A stretch of 64,000 bases of DNA from Phoronis australis (lineage: Eukaryota; Animalia; Phoronida). The stretch lies in assembly GCA_002633005.1 (NCBI GenBank), contig NMRA01000454.1, positions 1 through 64,000 of the forward strand. Direction: 5' to 3'. Below, in pieces: positions 52,127-64,000 of the stretch (the first letter of the stretch is position 1; the number at the start of each line of letters is the position of its first letter). The position numbers and the translations under genes were made by a program. The notes below the pieces were generated by a model, which saw only the letters and a list, made by a program, of their open reading frames with translations, searched no databases and was not told the DNA's origin.

Positions 52127-53087
52127 TAAGAATTAATCTATGAATAAGCCAAATCGTTAACAACTTGGATATGATCATGAATCGCGTCTCAGATTTCATT
52201 TTCAATTTCTACCTGTTCCTATTGCCAAAAATTAGTGTTATTGACAGGAATCCAAGTGTTCACCAGATATTTTTACGGTTTGCTTGTAAAGATTTTGAAT
52301 TTCTATTGATGTCAAGTCATTTTTCTTTTAGTTTCAAATTTCATAAAAATGATCTGTCAACTGCTTGACGGACTTCGCTGAACTCTTTCCGACGTGGCAA
52401 ACCACATGTCTTTAATTGATAAGGCAAGACATAGACGTACCACATTTCTCTGATATGGAAAATGTGACCTTTGACATTTGATGTAAACAAAACATTGACT
52501 TCAAGCAGCCGCCGGATTAAGATGCAGTTGGTGTTTAAAATTAGTTACAAAGGTATCACAGTATTCAGATAAATTCTAAAATGCACTTGCATTTTTCACT
52601 GGCTTGCCTCATTTAGTTGCTGCCGTCCTATCGTCCTGTCTTGGTACATGTATCTCACATATAGTGATTTGCCGTTATTGTCCTTGCTCTCAGTCACCTG
52701 TTAATGTGAGCGCATGCGGACATTTATCGTAAGTGGGAGGAAGATATGAAATTCGGTGATGACTACAGATTTTTACCTTCGAATGTATTTCAAAAATAGC
52801 GAATTTTGTAACTTTTTATGGAAATTCCTTCACAGGGTAATGTGAATAACTCTTTAGTAGACGTTGCGAGATGATACTTTCGTCAGAAATTGTTTAAAAG
52901 ACATTTAAGGCGAGCTGTCGCGTTCCACGCCTCTTTAATACCCTTTTGCTAACATCCACTAAAAGATTTTAAATGACTTTCAGAGTAAGCAAAATACCTA
53001 ATTGACCAAAACTCTTAACAAATATGTGATTTATGATTGATCACCTGTTAATGTACACTCAATTATAGTTCAAAGTCTCGGAGGACG

Positions 53088-53229
53088 ATGTCGGAGTACT
53101 CCACCAATATCGATCTTCCCGCGGAGGCAGGTTTGTTGACAAAAACGTTTTTGGAAGATTGGTTGTGTGAAGCGGAAGGCAATCGTATGCAAGTCACTGA
53201 TGTCAACATAGTGTTAGCGTGTTCACCAG
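53088..53229 (+). CDS. Ecdysteroid kinase-like (EcKL/CHK) protein, coding exon 1
   Basis: ATG...MSEYSTNIDLPAEAGLLTKTFLEDWL...VTDVNIVLACSP G|gtgagt. Phase 1 joins the next exon to give the family-typical GENFMS. Confidence 0.85.
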
Positions 53230-53444
53230 GTGAGTAGTAATCATGTCTTCAACATGACGTCAGGCTCATGGAATAGCCAACGTAAAGGAATTCGTGAAAC
53301 TATGCTGCATAATATGTCATACTAACTGAAGTTGGTTTCAGTCTTAACAAATGTAGAATGAATATTCACTGCACCTAGTTGAAGAGAATAATTAAACAGA
53401 TTTTAACATACCCAATGCTCCATGTGGAATTTATATTTTGCATT

Positions 53445-54295
53445 TGTATGCGCCCACATATTTATATGTGGACGCATTATGCCGTCATCTCCGTCCGTCC
53501 GTTCGTCCGTCCGTGCAGCGTCCGTCCGGCGTCCGTCCGTCCGGCGTCAGCTGCTCTATCTCCAAAACCCTTTGACATACATTCATGAAATTTGGCACAT
53601 ATGTTCCTTTCATAAATGGGACGGAATGAGGGAACTTTCGGACGGATTTCAGTACCTGTTTACCCCTAGCGGCAATTTTAATTTTTTACTTTTACTTTTG
53701 TATCTTCAAAAGTCCTTCACAGATTTTCATGAAATTTGGTATGTAGGCATCTATTAGTGAGATGACGCTATCCTCTCGTTTTCGGATGGATTTGATGAAG
53801 TTTGCGCCACCTAGTGGCCGATTTTACTGTTTTCGAGTCTGTTTTTTGCGTCCACCCCTCTATCAAACAAGGCCCTGTCTCCAATCTCCGTACAAAGACT
53901 CATACTCATACTCGAGATTTCATACTCAAAATCGTGCTCACGGGAGTCGTACTCAAAGAAGCGTATCTAATGTCGCACTTCGAGTAGATAAAAAACGTAC
54001 GGGTCCAAGCCGCTCAAAGGACGATTGTGAAAATTGGCATGTATGTTCTTACTATGAAGTGGACGTCTGACGATGATTTTGCGACGACTTTGACTACTGT
54101 GGCGCCTTCTAGTGGCAGTTTTGTTTTTTTTGCGCTTATGGCTGTATCTCCTAAACCGTTCGCAGAATCTTTACTAAATTTAGTAAGTGTATTTATATGA
54201 TGTCAACAACGGAGGACGACGACTTTCAAACGGATCTAACCACTGTTGTGCCACCTAGTGGCAATTTTATGTCTGAGCATGTGCTCTGACTGTCA
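53445..54295 (+). mobile_element. Helitron/Helentron-associated non-autonomous element (HINE-like) in the EcKL intron
   Basis: 5' hairpin ccacatatttatatgtgg, (GTCC)n microsatellite, several diverged subunits ending in ccacctagtggc, 3' palindrome gagcatgtgctc. Confidence 0.65.
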
Positions 54296-54408
54296 ATTGC
54301 ATGAATTAGTTGCCTGAACTTGACCTGTTCACTGTTCCTGTTTAAGAGATGTTTCTATGTTAAGTATCAAACTAATCAGTTCACTTCTCGTTTTGTTTGT
54401 ACTTCTAG

Positions 54409-55517
54409 GTGAAAATTTTATGAGCTCTGTCTTCCGGGTTGGCGTGACTGCAAAATGCCAAAATGATGAAACATCTGAGTACAAGCTCATCGTCAAAGTA
54501 CAGTCGTTTAACGAGGAAACCATTAAACTGCATCGCGAAAACGGTCTTTTCTTTAAAGACATTCAGATGTACAAATCAATAATACCAGAGATGAGACGTT
54601 GCTATGGGAGTGAAAATGGCCCTTTAAACCTCTTCCCAAAATATTTCGGTGGGCTTGTTAGTGACCAACGGGCAGTGATGATATTGGGAGATTTGAGGGA
54701 AGAGGGATTTCAGATGGCTGACGTCACTGCTGGTATGGATCTAGATCACTGCCGCCTTGTTATGGATGCTACCGCCAAATTCCATTCGCTCGGCTACGCT
54801 GTGTGTAAACGGTCCCCAGAAAAGATTAAACAGTGGAATACCTTTCTGCATCAAGAGTCCTTTTGTTCTGTATCGTTTGAAAATAAATATTTAAAGCTTT
54901 TCCAGAACTGTATCAATAGTATAGTTGAAGTTGCAAGAGAAACAGAGACGAATGAGGCGGTGCTAAAACGCTTTGATTACTTGTGTTCTTCGAACATATT
55001 CCAAGAGCTTCGCAAGGCCTACAGTCCCAACATTAAATATGCAAGTATTTGCCACGGCGATCTTTGGGAGTCGAATATTTTTTTTAAATACGATGCAAAT
55101 TGCAAGCCCGTCAATGTCAAGTTCATTGATTTTCAGATAATTCGCTTTGCTCTGCCAACGACAGACCTGTCCATGTTCTTTTATCTCGCTACTACTCCGT
55201 GGTTTCGGCGTCGACACTTGGGGGAGTTACTGCAGCTGTATCACAACTCGTTGTTAGCTTACTTACGTCAACTTGACGTCGACTTACCTGGCTACTCCTT
55301 CACCGTATGTGAGGAACTGTTTTACAAGTACAACCTTATCGGAGTTGTCATGGCACTCATGTTTCTGCCAATGACCAAGGCTAAACCTGGAGATGTTATT
55401 GATTTTCAAAATCCTGGAGAAGATGGTGGCGATATTAGGCGCGCGGTCCGAAACAGTGACCATGTGAGATGGATGATTGAAACTCTATACGAAGGCCTAG
55501 AACTGGAATTGTTCTGA
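54409..55517 (+). CDS. Ecdysteroid kinase-like (EcKL/CHK) protein, coding exon 2; spliced product ~416 aa
   Basis: Acceptor ttctag|GT. Motifs LIVK, DLREEGF, AKFHS, ICHGDLWESNIFF, FIDFQ, DLSMFFY, YHNSL. Confidence 0.93.
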
Positions 55518-56105
55518 AATCTTTGCTGTTTGTCATCTTGCAACCCGTGATATTCATTTGCAACAAGGCGTTTTTTCCGCTTTCAAGTTCCGCTACTCGG
55601 CGACCCGGCCAGAGTACTGCTCGCCGCATTTTTTTACCGCTAGTCCTCTAGTTTGGTTCATCTGCATGTTCAGTTGTGTACATATACATCTGCATGTTTG
55701 GTGATCGAGGTATATGCTAAGTTGGTTCGTGTGTGTATTTAGTTTGGTACATGTATATGTTCAGTTCAGTTCAGTACATGTGTGTGCTTAGTTTGGAACA
55801 TGTATGTTCAGTTGGATACACGTAATGATATGTTCAATGGTATACATAATGGTTATACAACGTACGTGTTTGTACCAGTGGTTATTATATCGAGATTCGT
55901 GGCATGCAATAGTATTTGAACGAGGGCGAACCTATGCGCCCCATTGAGGATTCTTTAAAGAATCGGGTTTACACAGATTGCTCCGCTTGTTTTGATGTCG
56001 TTTGTCATCTTTTATCAATGATGATCGCAGATCGCGTGACACGTATACGTGCACGCAAAATTTTTATGAATGGAGTTTTTGCAGCCTGCATGACACGGCA
56101 GTTAA

Positions 56106-57208
56106 AGGCGAAGGCAACCTTTTCTCATGTCATTTTTAGCAAAAATACATGTAATGTTCGTTGGTTATCCCAGACATATTTTACACATAATTGTAATTTT
56201 TCGTAATATAATTAATTACTCGTCCTTTACTCCGGAAGTGACGTTTTGAGAGGCAAGAATTTCGCGCCAAATTGGCTCTTCGTTGAGTTTAGTGTGAGGA
56301 TCTGTACTACTTTTGTTTTCGGGCTGTTTTTCTAAAATTGTCGTCATCACTTCCCATCGAATAGTTTTCTACGACAAACTAGGTTGTTAGAGAACCCAAT
56401 TACGTTGGATTCTTTAGTTTGTTTAGTTTGTATTAATCTGGAAATGACTGGAGTCGGCGACACATATCACAGTGACAGTAGTGACTTGAGTAACGGAGAC
56501 ATTGTTCGTATAGCAGTGGTGTCGAGGAATTTTTTCACGAACAGTCAGTGGGTGGATATACTTTGTATGTATGAGCCCGAGAATAATGAGGCAGAGTATG
56601 CGCAGGCACAACTGTCCCACTTGCCCCAGGGTCCCGCGACACACTCCCACTGGATGGTGACCTTAGCCGGGAATCAACAGCTACGGTATCGCACCCTTCT
56701 TCAGGCGTTGTTTCGCAGGGAGCTTCATCAATTCAGCGTACATATCCCTCTCGTAATCTGACGGCAGAAAGTGCTTGCCACACACTCGGTAACCCTCAAC
56801 TGCTTTGAACGTTGCGTTGACGGGTAACGCTGTGTTCTTCACACGAACGAGCCAAGTAGGCCTACGGCGAAGTATGCCATTCTTTGGAAAGCGATGCAAA
56901 GCCTGGAATTCCCAAAGCGCACGTGAGACGATAATGAGTACATCCCGGTACGCAGCAACAGTGTGGCATGTTGTCTGACTCGTAAACAAAAGCAAACGAG
57001 GTAGACCAACCGACTCGACACCTCTCACAGTCAGACTATATGAAAAGAAATTGGCGCGAAATTCTTGCTTCCCAAAATGTCACTTCCGGAGTAAAGCACG
57101 AGTAATTAATTAAAGTCCGAAAAGCTGCAATTAAGTGAAAATATGTCTGGGATAACCAATGAACCTTATTTTTGCTAAAAATGACATGGAAAAAGGTTGC
57201 CTTCGCCT
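56106..57208 (-). mobile_element. Non-autonomous Kolobok-like DNA transposon with ~165-bp TIRs, TTAA TSD and frameshifted THAP domain (56681-56969)
   Basis: TTAA|AGGCGAAGGCAACCTTTT...AAAAGGTTGCCTTCGCCT|TTAA. Internal MPHCCCVPGC / LHRFPKN...W...RVCGKHF...LKKGAIP. Confidence 0.88.
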
Positions 57209-58179
57209 TTAAAGTTGTGTTTTACTGCAGCTACACTAGGCTTGGGGTGCATATCTGCTATTTTCCGTATTTTCGTCAGTGTTTGAGCTCAATCTATTTC
57301 TAAGTTAAAGTTTGCTTACATTCCTGACGATTTTTCTTGACTTCGTTGAGTAACATCTGTGCGGGACACCCAAAGGTTGTGGCTGATGCACGTTCAGACG
57401 CTTCTTAAAAATGCTCCTTGCGCGGGGTTCTTATCATTTTTAGTTAGAAAGTATTCCGAAATTTATCGTAATATTGACAAAAATACAGTGTTTACAAAAG
57501 TTGCAGTTTTGCTTTTGGACTCGACGTATTTTGATTGTTTTGAGAACGAATTTAAAAATTGACTCGTATTTTACCGTAAAGAACCTTAGCTAATGTGGTG
57601 CAATAGGTGACCAAAAGGAGGCATGCATTACTCAAATTGATTTCCTAATACCAAATGTATTGTGGCGAGTTCGAGACTTTTTGTGATTTTTAAATCACAA
57701 AAAGTAGAACACTTAAAAGTGTTCTACTCAGGTGCAAAATTTCAAGGTATATTAAGAAACATTGTCACTGATATTTTTATTTCACTTTTTTATTTAGTTT
57801 TCAGAACTCATATCATAATATTGGCATGTGAAAATATTGCGCACGGGGTTGAACCAAAAGTGATGCTATATATATATAATCATGTTTCTTCGTGTGCTCA
57901 GGAGGGAATTTTGGCGAGAATGAAGGCATCCGTATTCAACACGCGAGTAGTTCTTCCATATCAAACCTCACAATACGACCCGTATTTCATGGCCATACTA
58001 TCACGCGTATACTGTAGGATAAATGTACATTATATGTAGTTGGATACACGTAATAGTGTGTTCAATGGTATACATGTACATGTGTATGAGTTTTGATGAT
58101 TTGAGTTTGGGACATGTACATGTTGGCTTTGACTCATGTGTATGTTGAATTTCGTACGTGCAAATGTTAAGATAGGTGC

Positions 58180-58342
58180 CAGGGGCGGATCCAGGATGTT
58201 GAGGTGGGGGTCAGGGCAGAGTATTAACCAGGATTATGTTTGGGCAGAGTTTTAACCAAGATTTTGTTTGTCAGATATTTGCACTCCCGAACTGCCAAAT
58301 GGAATCTCGCCCCCTTGCCCCATCCCCCTAAATCCGCCACTG
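58180..58342. mobile_element. MITE with cag(g/t)ggcggat / atccgccactg ends; related ends at ~11810 and ~30442
   Basis: caggggcggatcc...aaatccgccactg inverted ends. Confidence 0.6.
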
Positions 58343-58789
58343 GGTGAATGTATATGTTCACTTTGTAATTTGTGTATATTCTGCTTGGTAGGTGTTTATT
58401 CTCAATAGGGGATTCTTGAAACTTTAAGCAGTTTGGCGTGGTGACAAATACTCCAAATCTCACTCCATATTTAGATGTAATAATCATGTGTGCAATGAAA
58501 AGTTATTCAAAAACAAGAGCCACAATGGTTTAACTGGAGAATTGTTATGTTTGAAACGTTAACAGGACTATTCAGGGCGCAATTTATGGATCACATACAC
58601 TGTAGATGTTACGAGAAGTCGAGCACTGATGGAAATGTTAAGTTAATGTCTGCTTTGGTGCAATCCATGTTGTAAGTGTTCTTAAGCAAGTTTTTAAGCA
58701 CGTGCTTTATGCTCGGAGGCGCAAACGACATTTCTGTTAAACGTTTCACAGGCCAAACGATCAAAAACGAGGCCGGTCTAAGTCAAGGA

Positions 58790-59045
58790 CAGATGTCCCT
58801 TTAATTGTGACCCCTTAAGACATTATGAGAGATTGTTTTTAACAAACAGCAAGTTGATGCTGTATCTCATTATAAATATCTTAGTGTTTTTACCACACCT
58901 CAGTTGTTATGGTCGAAAGCGACGAAAACTTTCTCTTGTCAAGAACTTGTTTTGAAACTACAGCGCAGATGTTGCGATATGCCCTCATGATTTGCCTTTC
59001 AGTTATTTGATAAACTGGTGTACCCATCATTGTGTTATGGTGTCA
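58790..59045 (+). mobile_element. Decayed LINE ORF2 fragment (post-RT region, RTE-X/CR1-like)
   Basis: VSHYKYLSV...LLWSKA...FQLFDKLVYPSLCYG. Confidence 0.6.
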
Positions 59046-61510
59046 ACTAGTTTTTTTGCAAATGTGGCTTGTTTGAGGGCTACCTGAAATCGCGGTCAAT
59101 TTCTCAGTTGCTACACAGCAAGGCACAACTGCAACAGGGGGCCACCATCTTGAAGAAGAGTGCAGCTACAGCTGAGAAACTGGCCTTTTTCATTCCTAAC
59201 ACGTTCACAAATACAAAAAAACACATTCACTTGGCCTACACATAATACCTAACTAAAAAATGCCCCCAAGCCTGGCCTAGCCTTAGATTTTAACAAATTT
59301 GCAAATTGGCCTCGGCCACAGCCTAACTATTTTGTTCCACCTTCTGCCTCTTGAATCATTGTGTGCTTCTCAAACCAAACAGCAGTGACACTCCTGAGAA
59401 GGCGAATTATTGTATGAAATAATGATTCCATATAAAAACCATTTGAAAATGAAAAATCACTATATACTCAAAAATTCATACAGAGCTAATTTTTTATGCA
59501 TCAGTGTCAGCCCAAACTGCACTGCTGCAATATTTGCACTCAATGACCTTTGGTTACCGAGATATGACCTATTTGGCCTGTTGTTGTAGACAAAGAAAAT
59601 TTATTTTTTTTGTTGCAGGATCGAGCTTGTCCCTAATTTTGGAAATTTCACACTCAGTTGGCGAAACTCTAAGGCACTGGTGTCAATTTTTACTAACGGG
59701 TAAGAAATTAACTTGCGGCAGGGTTTCTTCGTGGAATCATGGTACCTGTTTATAACGCATGAGCGGCTCACCATAGGGGGCTGAGGGGCGGGGCGGGGGG
59801 CTATAGCCCCACTTCTCCAGCTGCACCGACCATGGTCTATGCAGTGCATCTCAGGGGGGCTGTCCGCGCGGACTGATGGAATGGGACCTTGTTGAGAAGT
59901 ATGGGTATGTAGTTACATCGTGTAATTATCTACCCTGCCTCATCTGTGAAAGCCATGCAGTGTCGAATTTTCGACTTTTTATCAGTCTGCCCATTTGGGC
60001 ACGTGACCATGTCTTGTACTAAATTACCAAAAAGGGTGCATTGATAACATAGCAACGGCATCCACAACGGTATTCATCAGAACGGTATTCACATAAGGGT
60101 ATTTACAACGGTTGTACGGTATCGATTATATTTCAGAATGGTTTTAACGCTGTTACAATTTCTGGTCCTTTCGTTTTCATTTTACTATTTCATGATTCAG
60201 AATCATCAGAAGTTGTATTTTAGATACCGCGTAGTGCTTTATGCCAAAGTGGAACTCTTTAAAACATAAGCAATTTCTTACAGTGCTTTAACGAACACTG
60301 CATGAAGCATCATGGGTAAAATCAAGTATAAGTCACTGCGCATTGTTGAGGCATGATGCTTTCGAACCGCAACTAGCTTGACTCAAACACTTGTAAAATA
60401 CGAGACCATTGTACAGAGCCACTCTGGTGCAAAGTTGAACCATTTATAGAGTTCCTATTGCTTGCTAAAAATCTCCTAGTATGAAGTGCTAGTTTGCAAC
60501 ACACTACTGAGTGTCGATAGAGTCGAGGTGGTGTACAGTATATATTGTCAGATTCGTCCAGTAGGCTACTATGTACCATAAAAATTGGGAACGGTTTTCT
60601 GGGTAAACCAAAATTCCTGCCAACAGTTATTGTATGACTCGCTATTCAAGGAGGTCACTAGTCTTGTTTTGAGATGTATCACGCATTACTGACACGGGTT
60701 GTTTATTTAACCAAATATGTGAGAACATTTATGATAACTTTTCATATTGTACTGTATATGGTAGCAACTTTAACGGATAATTATTTAATTGTTTATGATA
60801 TGAATGCATGGATGAGATTAGGTCTGAACCACTGAGGAGCGATATTGTTCGTGGCGGATTACGTGGGATCATTACAAAGTGATAAGTGGACCGTACTTTT
60901 TAACTCTCGCTCTCACGACGACCGGTGATTGCCTGGCCTAAAAGAGGGCATGGCAGTTCCAACTGAAATGTGTGCGTACAGTGAACTTGCCGGGAATACA
61001 CGAGGAAATTAGACGAATTCACTCAAATAACCACCTTCACGTTTATAACAATTTGCACTGTACTAAATCAAATTAAATGTTTATAAAATAACATAAATTT
61101 TAACCAATCCTTTTTTTAACTATTGGCGGTCTTATTCCGGCACAAACAATAACCAATTTACACAATTGTATCACCTCCGATTCTTTAACACGAGTTACCC
61201 TAAAGAAGAAAATGGGTGATCATGAGGCCAATGATTACAAAAATTCTTTACACTGACCAAAATATTTTCACCTTGTCATTCCACAAAATAATGAATTTTC
61301 AATTCCAATTTCGAAAAACGCGATCTTGAGATTAAACAGGCCCGTGATTCCAAGCATCAGCACAGCAGAAATGCCTCATTAATCTAACACCAGAGGTCTC
61401 TTTGCAAACAAACCAACCGTTAGGTGGCGCCTTACCCCGACCCACGAGTTCGCAGCAAAGCATCGGCTACCAACGACAAGTGATGAAATAACTGCCGAAA
61501 TTGTGCGACG

Positions 61511-61551
61511 ATGTTTCGATTACTATCTAAGAGTCCAAGGCATTACATTAA
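61511..61551 (+). CDS. PITRM1: Presequence protease, mitochondrial: probable first coding exon (MFRLLSKSPRHYIK, transit-peptide-like)
   Basis: ATG, basic/hydroxylated residues with no acidic residue, AA|gtatga phase-2 donor compatible with the next exon. Confidence 0.65.
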
Positions 61552-61740
61552 GTATGAATTTGGAATCTAGCTAGCTGTATGAAGACTGTTGTCAAAATAT
61601 AGCCTTGTGTATTTGAGCTCCAAACTGACAAGGGACATGCACTGTAGTGTAACAATAACATGGGATGGTGTATTATTTATAAAACTCGAGTTTGTTCAAG
61701 AAAGTATACTGCAGAGTGTACAGTATTTGTACAATTTCAG

Positions 61741-61837
61741 ACCTGTAGAGCAAAGATTGGCTTTCACTGCTCCTGCTGTACAACCATTTGTGGAGTTCCA
61801 GCAAGGCGACAAACTTCATGGCTTCACTGTGGACAAG
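61741..61837 (+). CDS. PITRM1: Presequence protease exon (...FQQGDKLHGFTVDK)
   Basis: Resembles human YKLGDKIHGFTVNQ. Acceptor tttcag, donor gtaagg. Confidence 0.88.
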
Positions 61838-61876
61838 GTAAGGGACACCTCGCCTGTCTAATTAGTCCTACTTGGT

Positions 61877-62150
61877 GTCACCTGCCACTGAGTACTGTGT
61901 GTGACACTGGAACTATCCAGAATGTGCTACCCAGCTCTGCTGTTGGTTGAGGTAGTCACCTGCCACTAAGTACTGTGTGTGACACCTGACTGGCGTTTAG
62001 ATTCTGTTTGTGCTACTGGGCCCTGCTGTTGGTTGAGAGAGTCGCCTGTTACTAAGTACTGTGTGTTACACCTGAACTAGACCTTGTTTCAATACAGCAT
62101 TTGCTACCTGGCCGTGGTGTGTTGAAGCAGTCACCTATCAACACTGTGCC
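61877..62150. repeat. Diverged ~80-bp tandem repeat in the PITRM1 intron
   Basis: gtcacctgccact.agtactgtgtgtgacac recurs at ~61877, 61955 and 62041, partially at 62130. Confidence 0.8.
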
Positions 62151-62382
62151 ATATATCAACACTTCCAATGTGGTTTGTTTCTGTTGAGTTTATAGCCATG
62201 GAAGTCAACATTTGCTCAAGTTTGCAGCATATTTATAAAAAATATATCTTGCGACCTAGTTGAAAAACCAGAATTTTATTTTTTGATTGACATTCATTAT
62301 CAGTAACTATGTCTAAGTAGTTCTGTGTGCCTTTACTAAATCTTCTGAGGGCATTGTTTACACTGTTTTATTTTTTTTTTAG

Positions 62383-62489
62383 GTGGAAGCTGTCCCAGAA
62401 TTCCACATGACAGCAGTGAGGCTTACGCATGACAAAACTGGTGCCCAACACCTGCACTTTGCTCGTGATGACTCCAACAATGTCTTCAG
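62383..62489 (+). CDS. PITRM1: Presequence protease exon [35 protein letters not shown](S); gene continues beyond the window
   Basis: Resembles human [36 protein letters not shown]. Poly-T ag acceptor, gtaaac donor. Confidence 0.93.
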
Positions 62490-64000
62490 GTAAACGAGCA
62501 TGTCTGGACTACAAGGATTGTACTAAATGTGGAGTATTGGGGTTCACCTGCAAAGTATGATGTCATTATAATGTGTGTGTGTATTACCCTGATTGTTTCA
62601 TAACAATCCAATGACCAATAACGATTTCAGAGCATTTTTTAGTGATACCACCCTGTATTCTATGAATTCTCAAAGTTTTTATCGCTGTGTGTGTTGAATT
62701 AGTCAAGTGCAATTCAGCCATGTGATATAATTGTTTTCCATATTCCCCTCTCGCACTACTTCAACTATGCCCTCTGACATGGAAAGTCAAAAGGTAGGTC
62801 AATGTCGACTCGATGTCGTTAGCCAATTCAATTATCAACCTTTCTCAAGATAGTTTGAAGTAATACAATTGCAGTAGTATGAATAACATCCAGCTTGCAA
62901 TCAGTTCCCAAACCTAACATCTGGAACAAAACTGTCAATTATATGACCCTTCTGTCTCAGTTTTCAATTGCTAACTATTATATCGTCTGCAACTTGGGCG
63001 CTGATTCCTCGGTACCTACTCAAATATTGTAATAGCCACTGTTTTTACTTAACTTTTTTCAGGAAATTTTACAATTTAATGCACAATTACCGTTGTTTTC
63101 CTTGTTTTTTATCTTGTTTCAAGTAATAAATCATCAAGTGAAATTTAAAACTTTTACTGGAAAAATCTAATACCCTAATGCGTATTGGTCCGCCTCGTGA
63201 ACACTCAGGGTGAATATTGAAAAAATCTGCCAAAAAATGAAAGCAATTGCTTACTAGGAATTCGAAGCGTATGGGATAAGTACAAAAATTACTTCAATTG
63301 GTGTTGATGAAATAATACCCCACCTTCGGTTTCGGTCAATACGCGGAATAATGTCTCATGGGGTATTACTTTATCTACACCTGTCCACTTTCGATACGTT
63401 TTTTGTATATATTGCACTGGAAAATGCAGTACTGGTTAGCTCTAAAAATGTGGCAGTGAAAGAGTTGAAGCAAAATTTTCCCATTTGAAACTTTTTTTGA
63501 ATTTTATTGAGTCACCATTTTCTTTTGGAAGTAAACTTACAAATTTCAAAATAATCAGAAAGAAATTGTTTTATGCAGTCTNAGGCGAGTATGAAGGTGA
63601 GGTGAGGTGAGGGCGCAGGCGAGTGCGAAAGTGAGGTGAGGTAAGCATCCCGTGCATTCACCTGATGAAGTTTGTTAAATGTTGCTTTTTTATTGGATTT
63701 CCTGATGAATGAGTGACGAAGGACTGATGTCATTTAGTTAAAACTCAAGTGTTTCATAGCTTTTCATCTGGAATATGTTTACACAATATGGTGTTCCATA
63801 GATATACACCTGGCTTATCTTAACACAAAAAACAATTTCCATTAACATTAATTTTGTGCATCTTGACTCAGCTTGGGTCAATTTTGTCTACTTGTACAAT
63901 TTTTTGTACACCTTGATAGAACTGGTGAGCCGAAGTATAACGCATGTTTCATCTGTTTTTTCTGTTTGTTACAATAATCGATGCTAAAAGAGGCGTTTTT

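Overview
Eukaryotic, intron-rich, roughly 38% GC (estimated by eye) animal genomic DNA, probably from a marine invertebrate (inference from the transposon families present), with assembly gaps at 10778-11646, ~27983-27992 and ~40303-40438. Four host genes can be read. (1) Four internal exons of argininosuccinate synthase (ASS1, minus strand, 228-4082; one intron appears to be GC-AG; the 5' exons were not found). (2) A two-exon Shaw/Kv3-family potassium channel (16721-17209 + 32653-33510) whose voltage sensor has lost the outer gating arginines and whose S6 gate reads PIA instead of PVP, the profile of a regulatory or voltage-insensitive subunit. (3) A two-exon ecdysteroid-kinase-like (EcKL/CHK) gene (53088-55517). 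(4) The first three exons of the mitochondrial presequence protease PITRM1 (61511-62489). The rest is transposon-derived or repetitive: two solo LTRs with 5-bp TSDs, a TTAA-flanked Kolobok-like element with a THAP relic, a Penelope fragment with an inverted pseudo-LTR carrying minimal hammerhead ribozyme motifs, other Penelope/LINE/BEL relics, possible Ginger ends, decayed His-Me finger endonuclease ORFs, MITEs, a 144-bp hairpin and several minisatellites. No prokaryotic system or CRISPR array is present. All family calls rest on remembered motifs, not database searches.
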